From the NCBI GenBank assembly GCA_002269645.1, contig NIVC01000540.1, forward strand, positions 251,478-315,477: a DNA stretch of 64,000 nt. Reading direction: 5' to 3'. Origin of the DNA: Macrostomum lignano. Its lineage: Eukaryota. The notes under the pieces were generated by a model. That model was given only the letters and a program-made list of their open reading frames with translations. It did no database searches and was not told the origin of the DNA. This document shows, piece by piece, positions 38,301-49,756 of the stretch. A program made the translations under genes and the position numbers. How positions within the stretch are numbered: position 1 is the stretch's first letter; the number at the start of each line of letters is the position of its first letter.

Positions 38301-38446
38301 GTTTGTTTACTCCTGAGCACATGCGAGCGCCCCAATACTTTACGCAGGCCCGCACTCATACACACGCTTGCTCACACAGGGTGTACACAGCGGCTTTGAC
38401 TTTCTAATCGTCAGGCATGTACACTCTGTGTCTATCAGACCCAACA

Positions 38447-38693
38447 GGCCTATGGCCAGATAACCGACAGCTCGTACGGCTGTTCAGTCCAAGGACTGGG
38501 GGGGGGGGGTCGACACCCACAGACTCAATTACCCCAGCTAATTCTGGCACCCATTTTACAGCTGGGTGAACTCAAGCAATGCAGAATTAAGTGTCTCACA
38601 CATAAGGACACTAACTGTTTCGAGTGGGTCGAAAATCGAACCCCCGACCTTTCAGTCGTGAATCCGTCGCTCTAGCCACTAGGCTACAACCCC
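38447..38693 (-). mobile_element. tRNA-derived CORE-like SINE, copy 2
   Basis: Clear homolog of 37417-37695 in the same orientation. Confidence 0.8.
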
Positions 38694-38736
38694 TTGTAAG
38701 CATTCATATATACACAGCAAAATTTAAAATTCTCAG

Positions 38737-38962
38737 GTCCGCTCGTTTGGTTGAACGCGGCGCCGGTCTACACGTTTTCCAGCCGGCCCCAGCCGCTATT
38801 GGAGATCCGTCAGTTCCAGGCGGCTCTTCTTCCTCTTCCTCGGCGGCGGCGGCGGCTGCTGCTTCTGGGATTTCCGGTGCCAGCGGGATAGCTGGCAGCG
38901 ATGGAGCCGACCTACTCGATAGGGAGCTCCGTGCTGCGGCTCGGCGCGTTGAAGCGGGACAG
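38737..38962 (+). CDS. ATP9: ATP9 exon with a Ser/Ala/Gly low-complexity insertion
   Basis: SARLVERG..LHVF; phases fit both neighbouring exons. Confidence 0.8.
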
Positions 38963-38994
38963 GTGCGTGCCCGGAATTCAATCCCTCAACAACT

Positions 38995-39600
38995 AATATC
39001 CCTCAGAAAGACAGGAGATCCCACAGAAAGACAGGAGATCCATCAGAAAGACAGGAGATTCTCCAGAAAGATAACAGATCCCTCAGAAAGACAGGAGATC
39101 CCACAGAAAGACAGGAGATCCATCAGAAAGACAGGAGATTCTCCAGAAAGATAACAGATCCCTCAGAAAGACAGGAGATCCCACAGAAAGACAGGAGATC
39201 CATCAGAAAGACAGGAGATTCTCCAGAGAGATAACAGATCCCTCAGAAAGACAGGAGATCCCACAGAAAGACAGGAGATCCATCAGAAAGACAGGAGATT
39301 CTCCAGAAAGATAACAGATCCCTCAGAAAGACAGGAGATCCCACAGAAAGACAGGAGATCCATCAGAAAGACAGGAGATTCTCAAGAAAGATAACAGATC
39401 CCTCAGAAAGACAGGAGATCCTAATGAAGGAGAGGAGGTCCCTCAAAAAGACAGGAGATCCCTCAGAAGACAGGAGATCCCTCAGAAAGGCAGGAGATCC
39501 TCCAGAAAGACAACAGATCCTCCAGAAAGACAACAGATCCCTCAGAAAGGCAGATCCCTCAGAAATCCCTCAGAAAGGCAGGAGAAACAGAAGACAGAAT
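38995..39600. repeat. 20-bp minisatellite with 80-bp higher-order repeat in ATP9 intron
   Basis: CAGAAAGACAGGAGATC variants; a four-unit block repeats about 5 times from 39001. Confidence 0.95.
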
Positions 39601-39645
39601 AGACTTCAGACGAATTTTTACCATAAATTTATTCGCAACTCGCAG

Positions 39646-39852
39646 GCGCTGGCCCTGACCGGAGCGGCCCTGGAGGCGGCGGTTGCCCAAGACGAGCGCC
39701 TGTTTGCTCGAATCGCCTGCCGCGCTCCGGCCGTTGTTGTTAGCCGGTGTTCGCCAACGCAGAAGGCGGCCGTTGTCCGGCTGCTGCAGCGCCACACTGG
39801 CCGACGCTGCGCCGCTATTGGCGACGGCGGTAACGACGTGGCGATGATTCAG
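39646..39852 (+). CDS. ATP9: ATP9 exon (P-domain)
   Basis: RCSPTQKAAVV, AIGDGGNDVAMIQ. Confidence 0.95.
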
Positions 39853-39942
39853 GTTGGATTGTCCAAAATACCATTGCACGTTGTTTGAAACCTATTTTTT
39901 GGTTTCTAACCAAATAGGCACTTAAATTAATGAAAAATTAAT

Positions 39943-40232
39943 CTAAGCCAGGTATGCAGGCGGGTATTCAAGCCAGGTAGACAGGCGGGTATCTAAGCCA
40001 GGTAGATAGGCGGGTACCTAAGCCAGGTAGACAGGCGGGTATCTAAGCCAGGTAGACAGGCGGGTATCTAAGCCAGGTAGACAGGCGGGTACCTAAGCCA
40101 GGTAGACAGGCGGGTATCTAAGCCAGGTAGACAGGCGGGTATCTAAGCCAGGTAGACAGGCGGGTATCTAAGCCAGGTAGACAGGCGGGTATCTAAGCCG
40201 GGTAGACAGGCGGGTATTTAAGCCAGGTAGAC
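39943..40232. repeat. 25-bp minisatellite in ATP9 intron
   Basis: TAAGCCAGGTAGACAGGCGGGTATC units. Confidence 0.95.
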
Positions 40233-40354
40233 ATAAGACAGGAGGGAGGGTAGCCAGTCAGCTCATCGGATAGGCAGACGGATAGAAGAACCCGTAGCTA
40301 GCAAGAAGCCAACAGAGGGATGAAGTATCAATGTTATCATGATTTACATTGCAG

Positions 40355-40717
40355 GCCGCCGATTGTGGCCTAGGAATTGCCGGTCGCGAGGGCCGACAGG
40401 CCGCTCTAGCAGCCGACGTGAGCGTGTCGAGATTCGAGCAGTCAGCCCGCCTGCTGCTGGTGCACGGCCGTCGGTGCTATCGCAATTCGGCCCTGCTAGC
40501 CCAGTTTGTAATCCATCGCGGCCTGGCTATCTCAGCTATGCAGGCGGTGTTCTCAGCGGTGTTTTACTATGCCGCCGTCAGTCTGTTCCCCGGCGCTCTC
40601 ATGGTCGGCTATGCCACCGTGTTCACCAATTTCCCCGTATTCTCGCTGGTGCTGGATCGGGACGTGCCGGCTACCACTGCGGAGAAGTTTCCCGAGCTGT
40701 ATCGCGAATTGCTCAAG
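40355..40717 (+). CDS. ATP9: ATP9 exon (TM5-TM6)
   Basis: [42 protein letters not shown]. Confidence 0.95.
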
Positions 40718-40765
40718 GTTTGTGTGGAAGGGAATAAAATCACTGAGTTGGGTACAGGTTAGGTC

Positions 40766-41175
40766 AAGAGTTTACAGTATAGCGATTGACCGAGTTTACA
40801 GTAGCGATAGACCGAGTTTACAGTAGCGATAGACCGAGTTTACAGTAGCGATAGACCGAGTTTACAGTAGCGATAGACCGAGTTTACAGTAGCGATAGAC
40901 CGAGTTTACAGTACAGCGATTGACCGAGTTTACAGTACAGCGATTGACCGAGTTTACAGTATAGCGATTGACCGAGTTTACAGTAGCGATAGACCGAGTT
41001 TACAGTAGCGATAGACCGAGTTTACAGTACAGCGATTGACCGAGTTTACAGTACAGCGATTGACCGAGTTTACAGTACAGCGATTGACCGAGTTTACAGT
41101 ACAGCGATAGACCGAGTTTACAGTACAGCGATTGACCGAGTTTACAGTACAGCGATTGACCGAGTTTACAGTAGC
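40766..41175. repeat. 22/24-bp minisatellite in ATP9 intron
   Basis: GACCGAGTTTACAGTAGCGATA and GACCGAGTTTACAGTACAGCGATT units. Confidence 0.95.
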
Positions 41176-41255
41176 TTAACTACCGATTATTACCCTTTAG
41201 TTGTGTAAGGAATCAAGTCTGAGTTGCTCCCAAATCCCAATAAATCCCTGTTCAG

Positions 41256-41517
41256 GGCCGCGAGCTCTCAGCCAAGACCCTGTGGGTTTGGACCGCCGTG
41301 TCGCTCTATCAAGGCGGAGTCATCATGTACGGCTCTCTGTGGCTATTTGAGACATCATTTCTAAGAATTGTTAGCATAGCATTCACTGCTATTGTGCTCA
41401 ACGAACTGCTCATGGTGGCCTGCACTGTGCGCACCTGGCATTGGCTGATGTCAGTAGCGGAGCTGCTCAGTCTGCTCTGCTACCTGCTGGCTGTTGTTGT
41501 GCTGCCTAATTATTTTG
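41256..41517 (+). CDS. ATP9: ATP9 exon (TM7-TM9)
   Basis: [31 protein letters not shown]. Confidence 0.93.
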
Positions 41518-41564
41518 GTTTGTTTTTGCTTAATTTTCTCCGTATATCCTATGAAAAATTGTTG

Positions 41565-42415
41565 AGGAGCCTGTTGCAGATTAGTGAGGAGTCTGCAGAT
41601 TAGTGAGCAGACGGTTGCAGATTAGTGAGCAGACGGTTGCAGATTAGTGAAGAGACTGTTGCAGATTAGTGAGGAGTCTGCAGATTAGTGAGCAGACTGT
41701 TGCAGATTAGTAGGGAGACTGTTGCAGATTAGTGAAGAGACTGTTGCAGATTAGTGAAGAGACTGTTGCAGATTAGTAAGGAGCCTGTTGCAGATTAGTG
41801 AAGAGACTGTTGCAGATTAGTAAGGAGCCTGTTGCAGATTAGTGAGCAGACTGCTGCAGATTAGTAGGGAGACTGTTGCAGATTAGTGAAGAGACTGTTG
41901 CAGATTAGTGAAGAGACTGTTGCAGATTAGTAAGGAGCCTGTTGCAGATTAGTGAAGAGACTGTTGCAGATTAGTGAGGAGTCTGCAGATTAGTGAGCAG
42001 ACTGTTGCAGATTAGTAGGGAGACTGTTGCAGATTAGTAGGGAGACTGTTGCAGATTAGTAGGGAGACTGTTGCAGATTAGTAAGGAGCCTGTTGCAGAT
42101 TAGTGAAGAGACTGTTGCAGATTAGTGAGGAGACTGTTGCAGATTAGTAGGGAGACTGTTGCAGATTAGTAGGGAGACTGTTGCAGATTAGTGAAGAGAC
42201 TGTTGCAGATTAGTGAGGAGACTGTTGCAGATTAGTAGGGAGACTGTTGCAGATTAGTGAAGAGACTGTTGCAGATTAGTGAAGAGACTGTTGCAGATTA
42301 GTGAAGAGACTGTTGCAGATTAGTGAAGAGACTGTTGCAGATTAGTGAAGAGACTGTTGCAGATTAGTGAAGAGACTGTTGCTGATAGATTAGTGAGAAA
42401 ACTGTTGCAGATTAA
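41565..42415. repeat. 22-bp minisatellite in ATP9 intron
   Basis: GACTGTTGCAGATTAGTGAAGA units. Confidence 0.96.
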
Positions 42416-42453
42416 GACAGACTACCTTATGTAAATAATGAACTCCGTTGCAG

Positions 42454-42590
42454 ACCCCGGCTTCATCTTGACGCTCAGCTTCCTATGGAAGGTGTCGGTG
42501 ATCACGGCGATCAGCGCCATACCATTCTTCGTCATCAAATTTGTGCGCTATTATATGCGACCGCCGATAACGCGGAAGCTGCAGTCGTAA
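42454..42590 (+). CDS. ATP9: ATP9 terminal exon (TM10, ends PPITRKLQS*)
   Basis: FLWKVSVIT; the 10 exons total 3202 nt with all phases consistent. Confidence 0.9.
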
Positions 42591-43261
42591 GTTATTTAGC
42601 GATGCGGGTGTATCGTTGTCTTTTTAGTTTGGAATTTTCAATTTTCAAGTCATTGCAAACAACTCTAGAGACGACTGTTGAGTCACGAGTGCATCACGTC
42701 AATTGCAGAATCGTAAAAGAGCCGCGAAAAAGTCATCCAATAGTCGTTGTGTTAGCGCTTAAGTTTCTGCAAACTGAAGTGGACTAAATAGAATTGTAAT
42801 AAATGCGAAATGCGATTCTAATAAATTCATAAAATCAAAGCTTCGAGCTGTGCCATGCATTTTTATGATTTTTAGGTACAGGAAATGTACGTAGAATAAA
42901 AATTGTCATAAAATCCGACTTTTCTAAACGAAAAGCTTTATGAATATCAATAGAGCTATAAGAAAGGCACAACATATCAGAAGATGATCATTGGGCCTGC
43001 CTCCAATCTAAAGCAATAACAATTTTTGTGCTTAAATAATAAAAGCTTCCTATCTCCGTAGTGTATTTTTCAGCGAAAACCAGCCTCATAAACATTTTCT
43101 AACGATGGTTTCCCTTCCTACTCAAGTCCTTGGCTCAGATTTTAGATCATAGATTTATTGAAAATCTTAAATTTTATTGACTAAGTGCGCTTGTTTCTAC
43201 TAAAAAGTCAGTAGTCAGTATAGAGAGTTTAAACATTTATTTGATTTTGTCAACTTTTCAG

Positions 43262-43457
43262 TGGCGCCGACTCGCCCGCCTGGTTCGAGCAGGCCGGGCG
43301 GTTGCGGCGGCCTATCGAGGCCCGGCCTCTCCTGTCCTCTATGGTGGACATCAGCGGCGGCGGCGGTGGTGGCGCCGACTTTGAACTGCAGCCGCCTGAC
43401 TCGCCAGCCGGCCCGGGGACGCCCCTGATGATGACGCTGCTGCAGAGCCGAACTTGA
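43262..43457 (+). CDS. ATP9: Candidate alternative terminal exon of ATP9 (+64 aa)
   Basis: GC-rich island after acceptor CAACTTTTCAG; in frame with donor TC|GTAAGT at 42587, which overlaps the TAA stop. Confidence 0.55.
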
Positions 43458-44018
43458 ATAATCAACAGCCTCCTGACCGATCATTGTGTATCTTATTGAA
43501 CTCGCAATCAGCTACTTATGTGTCTAGTGCATCCCGTTTGGCGTTGGTGCATTTCTCTACTATAATGGGTTCTTCACGTTTCCCTTGTCTCTTTTTTGTT
43601 TCCAAATTGCCGCTATTAAACAGAACGAATAAACTTTGTCTGTAGGAGATCTTTAATTGTTAAAATCAGAGGCAATAATTCTGTTTATTTCTGTTGTCTC
43701 TTGTTTGTTATTATCTATGTTTAATAAGCCAGCTTTGCTTCCCTATAAATTGCATTCTCTCGCTAATTTTGTCCTGTCTTCCTCTGTCTCCCTGTACATT
43801 TTGCTGCAATTTGCTATACCTGAAAATAATTATTGATAAAATTCAGATGTTTTCACTTTTCTTATTACAACTGCACTGTGTTGTGTGGGTTTATTCGGGA
43901 TTCATTGCAATTGTCCTTTATTTTATTTTTAATGTTTAGGCATAAATGTTAGCTTTAGGAGTTTTTAGATTAAGAAAAATGAATACGGATATGTCACCTT
44001 TCTCTTATCTCCCTGGGT

Positions 44019-44388
44019 TTTGATGTGGCGCCACTCCCTTCTCCATTGGCTGTTGATGTGGCGCCACTCCCTTCTTCAGTGGCTGTTGATGTGGCGCCAC
44101 TCCCTTCTTCAGTGGCTGTTGATGCGGCGTCACTCCCTTCTCCAATGGCTGTTGATGTGGCGCCACTCCCTTTTTCAGTGGCTGTTAATGTGGCGCCACT
44201 CCCTTCTCCATTGGCTGTTAATGTGGCGTCACTCCCTTCAGTAGCTGTTGATGTGGCGCCACTCCCTTCTTCAGTGGCTGTTGATGTGGCGCCACTCCCT
44301 TCTCCATTGGCTGTTGATGTGGCGCCACTCCCTTCACCATTGGCTGTTGATGTGGCGCCACTCCCTTCACCATTGGCTGTTGATGTAT
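44019..44388. repeat. 33-bp minisatellite upstream of the RPL10 CDS
   Basis: GTTGATGTGGCGCCACTCCCTTCTCCATTGGCT, about 11 units. Confidence 0.95.
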
Positions 44389-44500
44389 TTGCTGTATACT
44401 CGTAGTGGATTAGCATATACAGTTTATAGATGCCCCAGCTCTAGTTGCTGTCTTAACTAGCCGTTGCTTAACCACTTCTTTGCATGCTTCATCGCTCAGC

Positions 44501-44899
44501 ATGGGTCGCCGCCCCGCCCGCTGCTACCGGTACTGCAAGAACAAGCCGTACCCCAAGTCGCGCTTCTGCCGCGGCGTCCCCGATCCCAAGATTCGAATCT
44601 ACGATCTGGGCAAGAAGAAGGCCCGAGTGGACGACTTCCCGCAGTGCGTCCACATGATCTCGGACGAGTACGAGCAGCTGTCCGCCGAGGCTCTGGAAGC
44701 CGCCCGTATCGCCGCCAACAAGTACCTGGTGAAGAGCTGCGGCAAGGACTCCTTCCATCTGCGCGTCCGGCTGCACCCGTTCCACGTGACCCGCATCAAC
44801 AAGATGTTGTCCTGCGCCGGCGCCGATCGCCTCCAGACTGGCATGCGCGGCGCCTTCGGCAAGCCGAACGGCCTCGTTGCCCGCGTGAACATCGGCCAG
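44501..44899 (+). CDS. RPL10: 60S ribosomal protein L10 (uL16), coding exon 1
   Basis: [37 protein letters not shown]...[22 protein letters not shown]. Confidence 0.97.
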
Positions 44900-44959
44900 G
44901 TTTGACATTTTGTTGCAGTGGGTGAATGCGCCTGTAAACTGCCCTGGTTATCCCAGCAT

Positions 44960-45825
44960 AACTGCCTTGATAGTCTTATAATTCCTTATAACTGTCCTTA
45001 GAATCCCCTCATAACTACCCTTAGACTCCCCTCACAACTACCCTTAGAATCCCCTCATAACTACCCTTAGACTCCCCTCATAACTACCCTTAGAATCCCC
45101 TCATAACTACCCTTAGACTCCCCTCATAACTACCCTTAAAATCCTCTCATAACTACCCTTAGACTCCCCTCATAACTACCCTTAGAATCCCCTCATAACT
45201 ACCCTTAAAATCCTCTCATAACTGTCCTTAGAATCCCCTCACAACTACCCTTAGAATCCCCTCATAACTGTCCTTAGAATCCCCTCACAACTACCCTTAG
45301 AATCCCCTCATAACTGTCCTTAGAATCCCCTCACAACTACCCTTAGAATCCCCTCATAACTACCCTTAAAATCCTCTCATAACTACCCTTAGACTCCCCT
45401 CATAACTACCCTTAAAATCCTCTCATAACTGTCCTTAGAATCCCCTCACAACTACCCTTAGAATCCCCTCATAACTACCCTTAAAATCCTCTCATAACTA
45501 CCCTTAGACTCCCCTCATAACTACCCTTAGACTCCCCTCATAACTACCCTTAAAATCCTCTCATAACTACCCTTAGACTCCCCTCATAACTACCCTTAGA
45601 CTCCCCTCATAACTACCCTTAAAATCCTCTCATAACTATCCTTAGAATCCCCTCATAACTACCCTTAAAATCCTCTCATAACTACCCTTAAAATCCTCTC
45701 ATAACTGTCCTTAGAATCCCCTCATAACTACCCTTAAAATCCTCTCATAACTACCCTTGGAATCCTCTCATAACTACCCTTAAAATCCTCTCATAACTAC
45801 CCTTGGAATCCTCTCATAAGTACCT
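44960..45825. repeat. 23-bp minisatellite in RPL10 intron
   Basis: CCCTTAGAATCCCCTCATAACTA units. Confidence 0.96.
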
Positions 45826-45888
45826 ATAGAATTTGCCATAGCAACTGTAAGGCTCATAGCTGGCAACCCCGGCGAACATGTTGGCCAG

Positions 45889-46152
45889 GTGATCATGTCG
45901 GTGCGCGGCCGGGAAAACAACGTGAACTCCATGGTGGAGGCGTTCCGCCGATCCAAGATGAAGTTCCCCGGCAGGCAGAAGATCGCCGTCAGCCGTCGTT
46001 GGGGCTTCACTAAGTGGGACCGAGCCGACTACGAGCAGATGCGGGCCGAGGGCCGCCTGCAGCCTGACGGCGTCGGCTGCAAGTACCTGCCGGAGCACGG
46101 GCCGCTGGACAACTGGAAGCAGGTGCAGGCCGCTATGCGCATGGCCAGCTAA
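45889..46152 (+). CDS. RPL10: RPL10 coding exon 2 (220 aa in total)
   Basis: VIMSVR...FRRSKMKFPGRQKI...WGFTK...EHGPL; AATAAA near 46254. Confidence 0.96.
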   Translation: MIMSVRGRENNVNSMVEAFRRSKMKFPGRQKIAVSRRWGFTKWDRADYEQMRAEGRLQPDGVGCKYLPEHGPLDNWKQVQAAMRMAS

Positions 46153-46631
46153 ATGACGGCTAAATGCTAAGCGGAACTTGGACTAAGGATGCTGGTTGTG
46201 ACCTGTTGCCGACTGATTAATAATTGATTTGCAATGCGGATTAATTAAGCGGAAATAAAAAATCAATCCAAATTATTGGATAGCACTGGCTTTGGCAGTT
46301 GCCGGAATTGTCTTCTGGAAGCACTTACTGCCTGCCTGTTTATTTTTTTTATTTGATTTTAGTTTACTTAGAGCTCATGACAATAGTAGTCCCTCAAGCT
46401 GAAGGCTAGTACTGAAATGAATTCAAGTTCCTCCTCGTTATTACTTCATTAGTATGAGACAAATAAAATAGGCTATTGTTTTATATCGTTATTAGGTACG
46501 AATTAATACGATTTCTAATTTTATTGCATGCTCGATTTCTTCCAAAGCCGCGCTACTATTAGTAGGACAGACGTACACTACACGGATTGACGCTACATTA
46601 ACTGGTCTAATTTCCAAGCGATAGCTAGAGC

Positions 46632-47210
46632 ATGCAAGCTATCAAGTGTGTTGTAGTGGGCGACGGAGCTGTGGGAAAAACCTGCCTGCTCATCTCCTAC
46701 ACGACCAACGCCTTCCCCGGCGAGTACATCCCGACCGTGTTTGACAACTACTCAGCCAATGTGATGGTCGACGGCAAGCCCATCAACCTGGGCCTGTGGG
46801 ACACGGCTGGCCAGGAGGACTACGACAGGCTGAGGCCGCTGAGCTACCCGCAGACTGATGTGTTTCTGGTCTGCTTCTCCCTCATCAGCCCGGCCAGTTA
46901 CGAGAACGTGCGGGCCAAGTGGTACCCGGAGGTGAGCCACCACTGTCCCAACACGCCCATCATCCTGGTCGGCACCAAACTGGACCTGCGCGATGACAAA
47001 GACACAATTGAGAAACTGCGCGAGAAGAAGCTGGCCCCCATCACCCACCTGCAGGGCATGACAATGGCCAAGGAGATTAACGCGGTGAAGTACCTGGAGT
47101 GCTCAGCCCTGACTCAGAAGGGACTGAAGAACGTGTTTGACGAGTCCATTCGGGCCGTGCTGTGTCCGAGGCCGAGGCCGTCCAAGCGAAACAAGTGCGA
47201 CTTGCTGTAA
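46632..47210 (+). CDS. RAC1: Rac1 GTPase, intronless CDS
   Basis: [51 protein letters not shown]. Confidence 0.97.
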   Translation: MQAIKCVVVGDGAVGKTCLLISYTTNAFPGEYIPTVFDNYSANVMVDGKPINLGLWDTAGQEDYDRLRPLSYPQTDVFLVCFSLISPASYENVRAKWYPEVSHHCPNTPIILVGTKLDLRDDKDTIEKLREKKLAPITHLQGMTMAKEINAVKYLECSALTQKGLKNVFDESIRAVLCPRPRPSKRNKCDLL

Positions 47211-49756
47211 CAGTGCGCGACCCCAGGCCCGACTCATCCTCGGACACAGCTACTGTAGCTAACAGTTTTGTACATGCGTATAGATGCGATCGATATAAAA
47301 CTAGATTTATTATGCACTAATTCACCTCTGCACCGCCCTCTGTCTCCCTCTGCTGTACGCTAATAGCGGCGGCTTTCCATCGCCCTGGCAACCACGCTGA
47401 GATGCTGAATCTGTGTCTCTGGATTTAAAAAATAAGGCAATCTACCGTGTCTTTTTGTAGTTTGTTATTTAACTGATTATTGTCTGCAAAGAAGAAATCT
47501 GGTCGGCTGCATCTCTAATATTTATTTCATGCTCCAGGTAGTCTTAACATCGCTTTTATATTGCTCGTATATTATATATTATGATATTTTCTGCAATTTC
47601 AACTAATTTGATCGATTTGTGTCTTCTAGTGGCCTGACATACCATTTAACGGTGTTGTTCTTCTGTCCCCTCTACTCCCACAATGCTGTTTAAGTTTCTT
47701 TGCTCTATTTGGTAAACAGTTTCTGCTCTTAACTCATCAAAGTTTAAATTATGATTCTATTCAATATACGAGCTATATATATATTATATGTTCCGAGTTT
47801 TACCTGTCTCAAATATCCTTTCTAATTGTCTGTCACTTTTGCAACGCGTGCTTGCCTCCTGTTCCTTTCTCTCATGCGCACTCATGCTTTTTTACCATTG
47901 TACCTTAGGTAGCAAGTACATGATGTACCCGCAGCACCTGGGGTTGCGTAACATCTCTATTTACTATTCTCAGTCGGTTTTACTTGTACAAATAAATGGC
48001 AATAAAATATATTATATACATTATAGTCGCTTAAAAAATCTACTTATTCCTGCTTGAGTCTTTGCTACGACGATTGAGTCCAGTGCGTCATATTAAGTGG
48101 AATGGCCCAAATCTCATATTTTACTGGTTTCTTCTACTTATGATTTCTTTTTTGGATTGTTTAGAACAGTTGGCATGTATGTTGGTCAAAAGCTAGGTAA
48201 AAAATCGAGGCTATGATTTTCTTCGACCAAGGAGGGAATATAACACATTGATAAGCTAAGTAAAAAACAGTAAAATGCATAGAATCTCTACTGAAGGGTG
48301 TTCCAAAAGTTCCCTGAATGTCTACGAGTATTACAGCTCATCCATGAAAGGCAACTTTAATACGAAGAAGGTGTAGTTAAAATTATGTCAGTGTCATTTG
48401 ACATTTTCCATTCATGCGCCGCATCAAAACTGTCTGCACAAGTCAGCACTAGTGTTACACATCCTCAAATTTGTGAGAAGTCGGGGACTCAACAGGCTGG
48501 GATCATTAAGAGTTCCAGATCAGTTGGTAGATGTCCAATCGATCAGACATCTCTCAAACTGTCACACGAGCATTCGAGTTGGACTGGCCATCCTTAGGCC
48601 GTTCGATCTATTCGAACAAGTAAACAGTCGTTTTCCTAATGCTGTTCTCATCATGGATAGAGAAGAGATGCTCAGAAATCTTGACTCCACTCCATACGGC
48701 TGACTACAGGGCAAAAACTTGACTCCGTTGACTCTCAGGGCTGTAGAGAGAACTAATCTTTTAAAGAAATCTGCAGCCAAAAGCAAGCACTCGGTATGGG
48801 ATCGTTGCGCTGGCAACACCGGCTGCTCTGATACACAGAATCAGCAATTCAACCGGTTGGCCATAGACATTTTGACATTTTTCCACGAAAGTTGATAATG
48901 GGCATGCGACATTTAAGAATGTGGACCGATATAGTACTGAATTGTGCAGACATGATGCAGCGCAGCAATGGAAAATAATATTGACATTATTTTAACTACT
49001 CGTACACCTTCGTATGAATTTTGCATTTTATTTTACATGCAAGATTTAACGAACACATTAATGAGCTGCTCTATTAGACATAAAGAGAACTTTTGTGACA
49101 TCCTTCGTATTTTTAATCTTTTGCTTGGTAGAGGAGGTGCGAGAAAACAGGCAAGCAATGCGCCCAAGCGAGATGACGAAGTCTTGCTGCATTTTCAAAC
49201 TTTTCGTCATGTGATACGTTTTAGTGGGCAGTTATTAAAATGTGTCTAGTTAGAATTGTACTGTACGCTAGAGTTGTTGCGCGCACTCGCATGTGTACAC
49301 TTCATTCCTAGTAGTTAGCAGAAAATGGGGTGCACGAAAGCCTCGCTGGGGCTGTCGCTGTCGGTTAAGCCTGCGGTGCAGTTTATACTCGTACTATGTA
49401 CTCGTACATAGTCAATGGTCATGCTGCATGCACAGGAGTTTGTTTGTGTGAAATCTGAAGTTCTCCAAACAACTTTGATGAATAGGCTTTACAATATGGT
49501 TTTTTTATAGCGAGCATATCAGTGATGCTAGATTAGAATTACATAGCAGGCGGAAAGTATCCTTCACAGTTTCTGCTGCGCTCACATGGAGAGTCTCCAG
49601 AACATTTCAAATGTAGTTTTAATAGAAAACAAATGCGGTGTTCTTTCCGCCTACTGCTAACACAAGGTTACATGATTAGGGGGGGGGGGTAAAGTTACAA
49701 ATTTGATTATAATACCTGGGAAATCGTAATCGTGCTAAGAATTGGTCGTAGGAGGC

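Noticed and set aside
43994-44416. Mucin- or antifreeze-like repeat ORFs (TATEEGSGATS)n and (VDVAPLPSP)n
   Set aside because: A 33-bp minisatellite is open on both strands, with no signal peptide or unique flanking coding sequence.
46512-46532. AATTTTATTGCATG resembling the 3' end of a flatworm spliced leader upstream of intronless Rac1 (retrocopy idea)
   Set aside because: It rests on my unverified recollection of the leader, is a short AT-rich match, is absent from the duplicate, and there is no poly(A) or TSD evidence.
44489-47048. Antisense ORFs overlapping RPL10 and Rac1 (similar ones overlap the ATP9 exons and the Helitron ORF)
   Set aside because: These are shadow ORFs caused by GC-rich codon usage in the real genes.
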